From Pseudomonadota bacterium (lineage in GTDB: Bacteria > Myxococcota > JACRCW01 > JAFGSX01), in the NCBI GenBank assembly GCA_043821645.1, contig JBDRCO010000029.1, positions 1 through 54,847 of the forward strand: a DNA stretch of 54,847 nt, written 5' to 3'. Of the stretch, positions 18,077-26,748 are shown one piece after another. A model generated the notes under the pieces. The model was not told the origin of the DNA. It saw only the letters and a program-made list of their open reading frames with translations, and made no database searches. A program made the translations under genes and the position numbers. How positions within the stretch are numbered: the first letter of the stretch is position 1; every line of letters starts with the position of its first letter.

Positions 18077-19006
18077 CTACTCGAAGTTACCGTGCCCGGT
18101 CAAAAGAGCGCCGGCGATGCCCGAGGCGGGCCACGCGAAGCTGTCGCTGACGACCTGACCATCGATACCGGTGAGACGGAGGGTGAACGCGCCCGCCCCG
18201 AAACCGCTCGCGTCGTTGAGCGTGCCGTCGCTGCCGCGGACCAACGCGGTGTAGCTCGCGTGGTTGGCGCTCAACACCTCGACCTTGTGCAGGGGCACGC
18301 GCGCGTTGCGCACCCACAGGCTGGTCCACCACTCGCTCGAGCCAGTCTGGAACTCGTACAGCAGGGGCCCGGTGTCGGGACAGCGTGCAAACTGCCAGCT
18401 CATGTGCCTCGGGTATTCGCCGCTGTCGAGCACAGCGTAGGCCTCGGGACTGGTGTCGATGCTGTTGGTGGTGGTCACGCCGAAGGTGACGACGCGCAGA
18501 ACGGCGGACTTACCCATGGCGGTGACGATGTGGACGCAGGTGTCGCAGGCGTCCGCCACGTCGGGGATGCCGTTCCATAGCCCGGCCAGCAAGGTGCCCT
18601 GGGCTTGCTGGATCGCGGGCGCGTAGCCCGAACCCGGCGCGCAGGCGTTGTGCCACACCGACTCCTGGTAGTCGACAGGGCCAAGATGGAATTCGCCTCC
18701 CTGGTAGGTCGGTCCGTAGGTGACGACGGTTTCGGCCGCATCCGCGGTCGCGTCGACGGGCTGCGCCGTGTCAGGAAGGGTCCGGGTGTCCGCCGCGCTG
18801 GCGTCGACGGTCTGCACCGTGTCGGGAAGGGTCCGGGTATCCGTCGCGCTGCTGCGATCCTGGCCGGTGTCAACGTGAACGGCGGTGTCCGGTCGGGCGG
18901 CGGCATCGCTGTGGGCTCCCGAATCGGGCTCGCTGTCGTCGACAGACGGGCACGCCGCAACCAACACCCCGCAGGTCACTGCGAGCATCACACAGAGTCC
19001 GCGCAT
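18077..19006 (-). CDS. Expansin-like (EXLX1-type) lipoprotein
   Basis: Lipobox VAAC and D/T-rich linker with a duplicated DTRTLPDT. DPBB-like domain, then a CBM63-like domain (GSSEWWTSLWVRNARVPLHKVEV, FTLRLTGIDGQ). Confidence 0.72.
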   Translation of the reverse strand: MRGLCVMLAVTCGVLVAACPSVDDSEPDSGAHSDAAARPDTAVHVDTGQDRSSATDTRTLPDTVQTVDASAADTRTLPDTAQPVDATADAAETVVTYGPTYQGGEFHLGPVDYQESVWHNACAPGSGYAPAIQQAQGTLLAGLWNGIPDVADACDTCVHIVTAMGKSAVLRVVTFGVTTTNSIDTSPEAYAVLDSGEYPRHMSWQFARCPDTGPLLYEFQTGSSEWWTSLWVRNARVPLHKVEVLSANHASYTALVRGSDGTLNDASGFGAGAFTLRLTGIDGQVVSDSFAWPASGIAGALLTGHGNFE

Positions 19007-19134
19007 GCCATGCTCCCCCTCCCGTATGAGTTCCACTCCAGCCGTCGGTGGATCTTACTCGCGGTTGGTGCCCGGTAAACACGATGTTATGCGCGTCGTG
19101 ACTCGAGGAAACCCCCGGCGGCGCTCGAGATCGT

Positions 19135-19374
19135 TCAGCCCAGAGCCGCTTTGTTCGCGGCAGCGCGGGAGGTGGCGGTCCGAAGCTGCTTGAGAAAGAG
19201 GTCCAGTGGCACACCGTGGACACGCGCGGCCATCCCCACCGTGAGGAATCGGGTCACAAGGCGGCGAACGCTGAAGGGTCCCACACGCCTCACGCCAAAG
19301 CTCTCCATCACCTCGGCGACGTCGCCATACGCGTCGAGGATCTTGATGACCCGGGTGTCCTTGGTGATGTCCAC
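19135..19374 (-). CDS. Small DUF1858-like protein
   Basis: ITKDTRV..IL..Y.DV.EV..SFG...TV..AARVHGV.LD..LKQL pattern; GGAGG RBS before GTG. Confidence 0.7.
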   Translation of the reverse strand: MDITKDTRVIKILDAYGDVAEVMESFGVRRVGPFSVRRLVTRFLTVGMAARVHGVPLDLFLKQLRTATSRAAANKAALG

Positions 19375-19513
19375 GCTGCCTCCGCGCCGCGAACGGTCCC
19401 GCTGTCGGGTGACCGTGCACAGGCTACAGGACTATCCAGCCCTCCCCTGCTCACGGCGCAGCCCTGGGTGGCGGAGGTCTGTCACCCGCAACGTCGCGGA
19501 TGGCAGGTCGTGT

Positions 19514-21544
19514 TCACTTCTCGGTGAAGGCGTACTCGTGCTGGGCGTCGCGGACGATGAGCGTGCGCTTGTCGCCACTGCCCACGACGAACTCGAAACC
19601 CGCGATGCCGGGAGCCGTGGTCACGAAGGACAGCGTGCCGTCGGGATTTTTCCGTGATGCGACCTCGCTGCGCCACTCACCAAAATCGAAAACCGTCGCG
19701 CCCTTTTTCTGGCTCACCGCGATCTCGCCGAGCGCGTCGCTGGTGTAGCGGCTGGCGAGCTTTGCGGCCTCGGCGGGATCTGCGGGCACGGTGAGCAGCT
19801 TGCGCTCGGCAGCCAGCTGGTCGAAGTAGCTCCTGGCCTTGGAGGCCACGAGCGCGTCGGCCTCCGGCACACCGTCGAACAAGATCTCGAGCAGCTTGCG
19901 CTGGAATGGCCACAGCAGGAGCCAGCCCGGATCGCTGTTGGTCAGCACCACCGCGCCGACGCCGTGCTCGGGCAGCCACATCATGTCGGAATAGAAGCCG
20001 ATCATGGCACCGCCGTGGTGGACCACCGGCACGCCATAGGTGGTGTCCACCTCGAGTCCCATGCCGTAGGTCGTGTTGCTGCCTATGGTCACCTGGGGCG
20101 CGCGCCGCGCCAGCAAGGTATCCCGCTCGATGTAGCGCGTGCCGTCGGGCAGCACTCCCTCGGCCAGCTCCATGGCCACGTATGCAAGCAGGTCATGGAT
20201 GTTGCTCCAGGCGGCACCGGCGGGCCGTAGGGGGAGGATGGAGTAGTTGAGCTCCATCACCGCGGCCGCTGGCTTGCCGTCGATGTCAGGAGCATGCGGC
20301 ATGGCGTGGTTGCCGCGCAGCACCCGTGCATAGTCGAAGCTGGTCGACTTCATGCCGAGCGGGCCGAACACGCGTGTCTGCATGGCCTTGTCGTAGGCAG
20401 CTCCGAGTTCGAGCTCGGGGAACGCGACGTGCCCGCCGACGAACCCACCCGCACCGGCGAGGGGGTTGGAGTACTGGAACATTTCGCCGAAGCCACTGGT
20501 TGGCTGCATGGTCGCCAGCGTCGCCAGCGCGCCGTCGGGGGTCACCCCCTTGAACTCGAACAACCACTCCATGTCCTGGCGCGGCAATCCGGTGCAGGCG
20601 CAGATCAGGTGCTTGACCTGGACCTGGCTGGTGGTGGCGTCGTCGCCAAGCTTGAACGACGGCAGCAGGCTGGTCACCGGCGTGTCCCAGGTCAGCTTCT
20701 TCTCATCGACCAGCTTGCCCAGCATGAGCGTGGTCATGGCCTTGGTGTTCGATGCGACCATGAACAGCGTCTCGGCGTCGACCTTCTGCTTTCCCCCGAG
20801 CTGACGCACGCCAAAGCCATCGGCGAACACCACCTTGCCAGCCTGGATCAGGCCCACCGCGACCCCGGGTACACCGAGCTGCTTCATCGCAGTCTGGACG
20901 AAACCGTTGAAGGCCGCGATTCGCGCGGCATCCAGGGGCTGCGCTGATTTCCCGGCAAAGGACTCGCGGCTGTGCCCCTTGGGCAGCAGCTGATCGAAGA
21001 TCAGAGCGACCTGGGCCAGGCGTTTTTCACCGACCGCCTGGGTCATGTCATAGATGGCCACGGTCCACACCTCGTTGGCCCGCCGCACGTAGACACCGAC
21101 GTCGCGCTTCTCGTTGGGTGAGGTCTGGTAGCTGTACGCGCTGCGATCGGTCCAGCCGTCCCGGTCCGGGGACGGGCTGACCACCTTGAGCGGCCACGTG
21201 ACGTCGGGCTTGTAAACCTTCCAGGCCGCGGCCACCGCTGCGTCCGCACTGCCAGCCCGCAGATCGATGAGGGCGATGCGAGAGTCTCCCTCGGGAGCTT
21301 CGAGGATGGTAGACGGGCCGCGAACGGTGATGCTCCAGCCAGCCGGCGCGATGAAGCCGTTGCCCTCGGTGGTGGTCCTCGGCGCGTCGCTGGTCAGGTG
21401 CTCGACGACGGGTTCAGGTGCCGGGGTGGGCGATTCGACGGAGGTCGAGGTCTGCGCTGGTGTCTGAGGTGTCGTCGTCTTGCAGGTGGCGAGAACGCAC
21501 GCACCGGTGATCACCGCTGCTGCGACCGAAAGGAGTCGACGCAT
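19514..21544 (-). CDS. Serine hydrolase, beta-lactamase class C/PBP-like family, lipoprotein
   Basis: SxxK (ASNTK), YxN (YSN) and HHGG motifs; signal with Cys; GGAGG before ATG 21544. Confidence 0.9.
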   Translation of the reverse strand: MRRLLSVAAAVITGACVLATCKTTTPQTPAQTSTSVESPTPAPEPVVEHLTSDAPRTTTEGNGFIAPAGWSITVRGPSTILEAPEGDSRIALIDLRAGSADAAVAAAWKVYKPDVTWPLKVVSPSPDRDGWTDRSAYSYQTSPNEKRDVGVYVRRANEVWTVAIYDMTQAVGEKRLAQVALIFDQLLPKGHSRESFAGKSAQPLDAARIAAFNGFVQTAMKQLGVPGVAVGLIQAGKVVFADGFGVRQLGGKQKVDAETLFMVASNTKAMTTLMLGKLVDEKKLTWDTPVTSLLPSFKLGDDATTSQVQVKHLICACTGLPRQDMEWLFEFKGVTPDGALATLATMQPTSGFGEMFQYSNPLAGAGGFVGGHVAFPELELGAAYDKAMQTRVFGPLGMKSTSFDYARVLRGNHAMPHAPDIDGKPAAAVMELNYSILPLRPAGAAWSNIHDLLAYVAMELAEGVLPDGTRYIERDTLLARRAPQVTIGSNTTYGMGLEVDTTYGVPVVHHGGAMIGFYSDMMWLPEHGVGAVVLTNSDPGWLLLWPFQRKLLEILFDGVPEADALVASKARSYFDQLAAERKLLTVPADPAEAAKLASRYTSDALGEIAVSQKKGATVFDFGEWRSEVASRKNPDGTLSFVTTAPGIAGFEFVVGSGDKRTLIVRDAQHEYAFTEK

Positions 21545-21771
21545 GGCAGGCCCTCCGTGTTGAGTGGCTGGATGGACCGCTCCAGAGAGCACTTGTGACC
21601 CTTCGAAGCAAGACCGGTGAACTCCCCGCGGTGTTGGGGGTCGCGCCCCGCGAGACACGACTGTTCAGAGCGTAAATGCGCACGGATTCACGGGCTGTTG
21701 CTCGCGGATTGAGAAGAAGACGAAACGAGATGAAACAAAACAAGTTGAGAGGAGATGGGATGGATCGTAGC

Positions 21772-21906
21772 AGGGGACTGGCACTTACAATTACATTTTT
21801 TTGTATCATGTTAGCCATATGTTAGCATGATAATTGGAAGTAATTCCGCTCTCAATTTAGATCGCATTTTTTCTGCTTAATATGTAATTGTAAGTGCCAG
21901 TCCCCT
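21772..21906. repeat. Inverted-repeat element family A, copy 4 (135 bp)
   Basis: Perfect 25 bp arms: AGGGGACTGGCACTTACAATTACAT (21772-21796) and ATGTAATTGTAAGTGCCAGTCCCCT (21882-21906); AT-rich spacer. Confidence 0.93.
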
Positions 21907-22134
21907 ATTTGTCCCTATTTTTAATCTTCATGTGCCCCCTATGCCCCCCCTTCCAGCGCTCATCCATGTCCCTACTACCCCGCTTTCCTTCCACGCCCTC
22001 CCGGAGCCTTCGAGCGCGCATATCCGGCATATGTTGTCCCGAAAGGCCTGGAGCTGAGATGGCCCCCCGGCGGATCCGCTCAATTCCCGGTTCGCGGGTT
22101 TGCTTCTCGAAGCGACTGCGGGCACATTGGAAGG

Positions 22135-24144
22135 ATGCACCCAGCGACCAGATCTGCAGCGCGAGCATACAGGGTGCTCCTTGCGGTGGTGGTCGTGGCA
22201 AGCGTGGCCGGCTGCGCAAGGTCCGGTTTCTGGACGCCTCATCCTCGCACTGCGGACGCCGGCGCGGATGCGGGATGCACGGGCCTGACCAGGAGCCAGG
22301 TACTCGGCGATCTGGTGCCCCCGAGCCTGCATGTGATCTCGCCGGGTGCGGCGACGGCGGTGAGCGGCACCATCGAGGTCTGCGCCGAGGCCACGGACAG
22401 CGTTCACGTCGTGGGCGTGCGCTTCTGGGTAGACGGTGCGCAGCTCGGCGCCGAGGATTCGGTGGCGCCTTACTGCCACAGCCTGGACAGCCGTCGGCTG
22501 GCCGATGGCGAGCATCAGCTGATCGCGCGAGCCCGGGACGGCGCCACCAACACGACGGCGGCGCAGCAGGTCTTCACCATCGACAACGGCCGCGTGCCTG
22601 GGGGCGACATCCACTTTGCCTGCGATTGCGCCGCAGGTGCCGACTCCGATTGCGTCCCGGGCGCGGACGCAGCCGATGGACTGGCGCCCCAGCGCGCCGT
22701 GCAGAGCACCGCAGCGGCGCAACAGGTGCTGGCCAACCTCCACTGCGGTGACGAGCTGCGATTCTGTTTGGGGGGTGCGTTCGAGCCCTCCGCCAGCTAC
22801 GTGGTCCCCTCTGTGGATTGCTCGGGAACACCCGTTCACCTCGGTGCCTACAGGGCCGCGTGGGCCAGTGGCGACGAGAAGCGGCCGCGGCTGGTGCTCA
22901 GCGGCAACAACGACGGGCTGGTGATCCATGGCAGCAGCGGCGTGGTTCGAGGACTGGTGGTCGAAGACCTGCATCTGATCTGTCCTGACTGTACCCGGCG
23001 CGGCTCGGGCTGGGGACTGGCGGTGACCGGCGCCGCGGTGCGCGACGTCGTGCTGCAGCGGCTCGAGGTGGAGGGCTTTGATTACGGGCTGTACCTGTCC
23101 GCTGCGGCCAACATCCTGGTCGAGTACGTGTCCTTTCATCATAGCCACTCGGCCGGCATCGTTGCCGGGGGGCCAGGTCTCCGTCTTCGCCACAACCTGC
23201 TGGAGTACAACGGCTGCATCGGCGCGGTGGACGACGACAGCTGCGCCGATGACTGGAGTCTGTTCGTCGGCTACTCCTTTGACGGCAGCGTGCTCGAGAT
23301 CATCGGCAACGAGATCACGCGCACCGCCGTGGACAGCCAGGGTCTGTGCCGCGGCGTGGCCCTGCGGATCAACGGAGGCAGCTACGGCGCGCGCGTCGAG
23401 GGCAATTACCTTCACGAGCCCCAGGACGGGATCCGCGAGGGTTGCAGCGGCATCGAGGCCCTGGCCAACCCGGACGGCATCCTGGAGTTCTGCGTCGGCT
23501 GCTCGATCAGCGGCAACCGCATCGAGAACCTCGCCGCAGGCATCGTGGTCAGCGCGCACGACGGCAGCCAGGTCGCGAGCAACACCGTCGCCCTGCCGCC
23601 CAACGCCGCGAGCTGGACCTCCTGCGCGGGCATCACCGTGCTGCAGCGCCTCGAAGAAGCGGACGCGGAGACCTCGGCCATCGCGGTGGTCAACAACTCC
23701 ATCGCCATCGGTCGCGACGATCCAGGCTGTACCGGGGTGCGCGTCGCTGCCGAGGGTGTCGATCACGTGGTGGCCAACAACGCGGTGCAATACACAGGTC
23801 TGGCCGACAGCTTCGACTGCTTCCGCTACGGCGACCCGGCCGTGCTGTTGCGTGCGGACCACAACCTGTGCGAGCTGTCACCCGGCGCAGGCGGATCCTG
23901 GGCCGCGGTCGGCACCTCCCGCTATCCCCTGGACGCCTGGCAAGCACGGGGCCACGACGCGGCCTCGACGGCGGAGGCGGTCGGCTTCGCAGGTGCCTTT
24001 GCGCCGCTGTACGACCTGTCACCACTCAGCTGCGATCAGGGCATGCGCGACCACGGCAGCAACCTCGACTGCCCTGACCTCGACGTCACCGGGGCGACCA
24101 GGCCGCAGGGCAGCGCCTGCGACATCGGCGCGCACGAGCGCTGA
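22135..24144 (+). CDS. Lipoprotein with Ig-like (Big) domain and right-handed parallel beta-helix
   Basis: Lipobox VAGC; V.FWVDG.....DS.APY...LDS..L.DG.H.L.A.A.D Ig-like motif; N-ladder beta-helix repeats; C-terminal D..G..RP.G..CDIGA.E motif. Confidence 0.78.
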   Translation: MHPATRSAARAYRVLLAVVVVASVAGCARSGFWTPHPRTADAGADAGCTGLTRSQVLGDLVPPSLHVISPGAATAVSGTIEVCAEATDSVHVVGVRFWVDGAQLGAEDSVAPYCHSLDSRRLADGEHQLIARARDGATNTTAAQQVFTIDNGRVPGGDIHFACDCAAGADSDCVPGADAADGLAPQRAVQSTAAAQQVLANLHCGDELRFCLGGAFEPSASYVVPSVDCSGTPVHLGAYRAAWASGDEKRPRLVLSGNNDGLVIHGSSGVVRGLVVEDLHLICPDCTRRGSGWGLAVTGAAVRDVVLQRLEVEGFDYGLYLSAAANILVEYVSFHHSHSAGIVAGGPGLRLRHNLLEYNGCIGAVDDDSCADDWSLFVGYSFDGSVLEIIGNEITRTAVDSQGLCRGVALRINGGSYGARVEGNYLHEPQDGIREGCSGIEALANPDGILEFCVGCSISGNRIENLAAGIVVSAHDGSQVASNTVALPPNAASWTSCAGITVLQRLEEADAETSAIAVVNNSIAIGRDDPGCTGVRVAAEGVDHVVANNAVQYTGLADSFDCFRYGDPAVLLRADHNLCELSPGAGGSWAAVGTSRYPLDAWQARGHDAASTAEAVGFAGAFAPLYDLSPLSCDQGMRDHGSNLDCPDLDVTGATRPQGSACDIGAHER

Positions 24145-24239
24145 GCCACCGGTCCGAGACCCCGGGGCTTCTGCTTTGCACCAACGGACTGCTGAGGAGG
24201 ATCCGGGATGATGCCTTCACGCGCTCGGCCGGACGTCAC

Positions 24240-26315
24240 TCAGTCGCAGCGCTCGAGCCGCAACCACTGCGCGCGCGTGTCCGCGTCCATGGAGACGTAG
24301 AAGTCCCACTTCAGCTCCGCACCACTGCGACACGCTCCCTGCTGCGCACCGCCGATGGCGTCCACCAGCCGGTAGCGCAGGTTGTCGCGAAGCGAGAGCG
24401 CGGCGGCCAAATCCGGCGGCAGGTAGTAGCTCTGCGCCACGTCTTGGGCCCACAGGTTGTGCACGGCGAACACCACGTTGCCGTCGTCACTCCAGCGCGC
24501 GGCAGCATAGATGCGCGGGTCCGCATCGTTGCCGTGACGCCGGCGCAGAAAGCGATAGTTGGGCGCGCGCAGGGCGCGGTTGCGGTGGTCGAGGCGAGCT
24601 TCGATCAGCTGCCGGTAGTAGCCCAGCAGCTCGCGCACCTGTGGATGGCGCTGCGGCGTGCCCACCAGGCGGCTGCGCAGCAGGTCAGAGCGGCGGAAAC
24701 CCAGCTGCCAGGGTTCGCCCAGCTCCTGCCCCATCACCAGCATGGGCGTCGAGCGCGTGCTGGCGCCAATGCCCCAGAAGCCGGCGCCGGTCCACACGTC
24801 GAAGCCCGTGCCATCGGTCAGGCGCTTCTCGTCGTGCGTCTCCAGCGCGCTCAGCACCAGGCTGTGGCCGCCGAAGCGTTGCATGTTGGACACCACCTGC
24901 TCGACGTGGGAGGCGTCCTTGATCACGCCACCACGGCCCGTCATGTCGCCGACGTAGCCCTCGGTGAGGATGTCCACCACCCGGTTCATGTCCTGCTGGT
25001 CGTGAAACTCCTCGGCCAGGTACACCGGCCGCGCCTGGCCCCGTCGCCAGGCGTAGTAGTCGACCTTGCCCAGCACGTACTTCCAGAAATTGGCGTCGAT
25101 GCCGGAGCGCTCGTCGCTGGTGTGATCGAGCCGGAAGCCGTCGACGCCGCGCGACGCCCAGTAGTTGAGGACGCGGAACAGGTACTCGCGGTTGCGCACG
25201 AACTCGTGCTGGTGGGCCGGATCCTCCTCGCGCAGGTACAGGAATTTCACATCGCGCCAGTTGTTGGTGAAGTTGTCGCCGACACCGCGCGAGGGATTGT
25301 GCCCATCGCGGCCCAGGTAGAAGCCCGGCGCCTGGTACTCGAGGAAGCTCGTGTCACAGGGGAACTGTGCTCGCTCGTGCTCGAGGGCGATGCGCCATGC
25401 GCCGTAGGCCTGCACCAGGGCCTGCCCCGAGAGCTCGGGGCATCGATCCAGCAAGGCGCCGAGCCGCTCCGCGTGCCAGGGCGAGCTGGCGGCCAGGGCC
25501 TCGAGCTGATCCGGGTCCTCGAGCAGCTGCGGACGGATGAGGTAGCTCTCCTCGGTGGCCCGGTAGTCCCACAGGGCTCGCAGGTCCTCGCCGGCCGCGA
25601 TGCGCTCGCGCACCGGCAGAAAGGCCGTGCTGTCGTAGAGCTGGTAGTTGTGGCCCAGGTGGTTGAAGGCCACGTCGAGGAACACCTTGAGGCCGCGCTG
25701 GTGCGCCTGCGCGATCAGCGCATCGAGCTCGACATTGCCATGGCACGGCACCTCGCTCGATTCGTCGCGGCCGGCCAGGATGCAGCGCCGCGCCAGGGTT
25801 CCGCGGGCGTGCAGGTAGTCGCGCACCGCGTAGGGCGAGCCGAGGTCGTCGCAGGCGTCGGGAATGCTCCAGCGATCGTTGTTGGGGAACAGCGGCATCA
25901 GCCACAGCGCGCTGGCGCCGAGCGCCTCGTCGATGTGGCGCACGGTGATGCCGCGGTCAAAGCCCGACGTGTCCTCGAGCAGGTCGTCCAGCGTGCCGAG
26001 CCTGATCTTCTTGAGCGCGTCCAGCTGACCGCAGTGCATGCCCTCGGCCCGGTAGGGGATGTCCGGTGCGACCTTGGCAGTGCAGCGCTGGCGCTGTGCT
26101 AACGAGCCCAGGTCGGGGTGGCAGGCGTTGGCCGTGCGCACCTGCAACTCGTACAGCACCATCTCGCCCGCTGCCGGATTGAGCGCGTTGTAGTCGACCG
26201 GGGCCAGCGCGCCATCGTCGCTGGCACCGGTGAGCTCGAAGGAGTCGTCCAGCGGCCCACAGGCCAGCAGCGAGAGCAGCAGCAACGGAGTGCAGGACAG
26301 CTTGGTGCGGGACAT
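24240..26315 (-). CDS. Alpha-amylase family (GH13) glycoside hydrolase, lipoprotein
   Basis: LWLMP, GSPYAVRDY, DVAFNH, DGFRLDH, YLAEEF and ETHD conserved regions; LLAC lipobox; AAGGAGG RBS. Confidence 0.9.
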   Translation of the reverse strand: MSRTKLSCTPLLLLSLLACGPLDDSFELTGASDDGALAPVDYNALNPAAGEMVLYELQVRTANACHPDLGSLAQRQRCTAKVAPDIPYRAEGMHCGQLDALKKIRLGTLDDLLEDTSGFDRGITVRHIDEALGASALWLMPLFPNNDRWSIPDACDDLGSPYAVRDYLHARGTLARRCILAGRDESSEVPCHGNVELDALIAQAHQRGLKVFLDVAFNHLGHNYQLYDSTAFLPVRERIAAGEDLRALWDYRATEESYLIRPQLLEDPDQLEALAASSPWHAERLGALLDRCPELSGQALVQAYGAWRIALEHERAQFPCDTSFLEYQAPGFYLGRDGHNPSRGVGDNFTNNWRDVKFLYLREEDPAHQHEFVRNREYLFRVLNYWASRGVDGFRLDHTSDERSGIDANFWKYVLGKVDYYAWRRGQARPVYLAEEFHDQQDMNRVVDILTEGYVGDMTGRGGVIKDASHVEQVVSNMQRFGGHSLVLSALETHDEKRLTDGTGFDVWTGAGFWGIGASTRSTPMLVMGQELGEPWQLGFRRSDLLRSRLVGTPQRHPQVRELLGYYRQLIEARLDHRNRALRAPNYRFLRRRHGNDADPRIYAAARWSDDGNVVFAVHNLWAQDVAQSYYLPPDLAAALSLRDNLRYRLVDAIGGAQQGACRSGAELKWDFYVSMDADTRAQWLRLERCD

Positions 26316-26329
26316 GATCTCCCTCCTTG

Positions 26330-26349
26330 GTAACTCTTTAGAGAGTTAC
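26330..26349. promoter_or_regulatory. Perfect inverted repeat, candidate operator upstream of the amylase gene
   Basis: GTAACTCT-TTAG-AGAGTTAC just upstream of the RBS; TTGACG on the minus strand at 26360-26365. Confidence 0.5.
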
Positions 26350-26748
26350 TAACGCCTTGCGTCAAATAGCAAGTGCTGTCCGACATTGGCCTACATTACG
26401 ACTGGATCCTGTATAATATGTTTAAAAACAAATACTTAATATTGATCTGCACGACCTCGCTGCGATCTTGGGCTGCCTTGGGAGCGAAAATTGAAAGGTC
26501 CTTGACTGCTTGAACCCGCACCGAGCTTCGAGGTCGAGCCACACACACCGACGGCAGCCGCGCTGTCGCAACCGGCCGTACGCCCTGCTCCGAGCGCAGG
26601 GAGCCGCTGTCGAAGCGCGGCCAGGATACGGCAGCGGCGGCGCGAATGATGACGTCGGCGAGTCCTCTTCACCGGTCCGTGATCTCCCTATGGCGCACGG
26701 TGCGGAGTGTGGTTCAATGGCGGCCCGCAAACTCCAGGTCCCGATGCC

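Noticed and set aside
11225-21906. Family A repeats as a CRISPR array or integron attC sites
   Set aside because: The arms are inverted and the elements lie kilobases apart. There are no cas or intI genes and no RYYYAAC/GTTRRRY ends, and the cargo genes face both directions.
13961-24461. Amylase 3' duplicate as a DGR template/variable repeat pair
   Set aside because: Mismatches are not adenine-specific and many are synonymous third-position changes. No reverse transcriptase is present.
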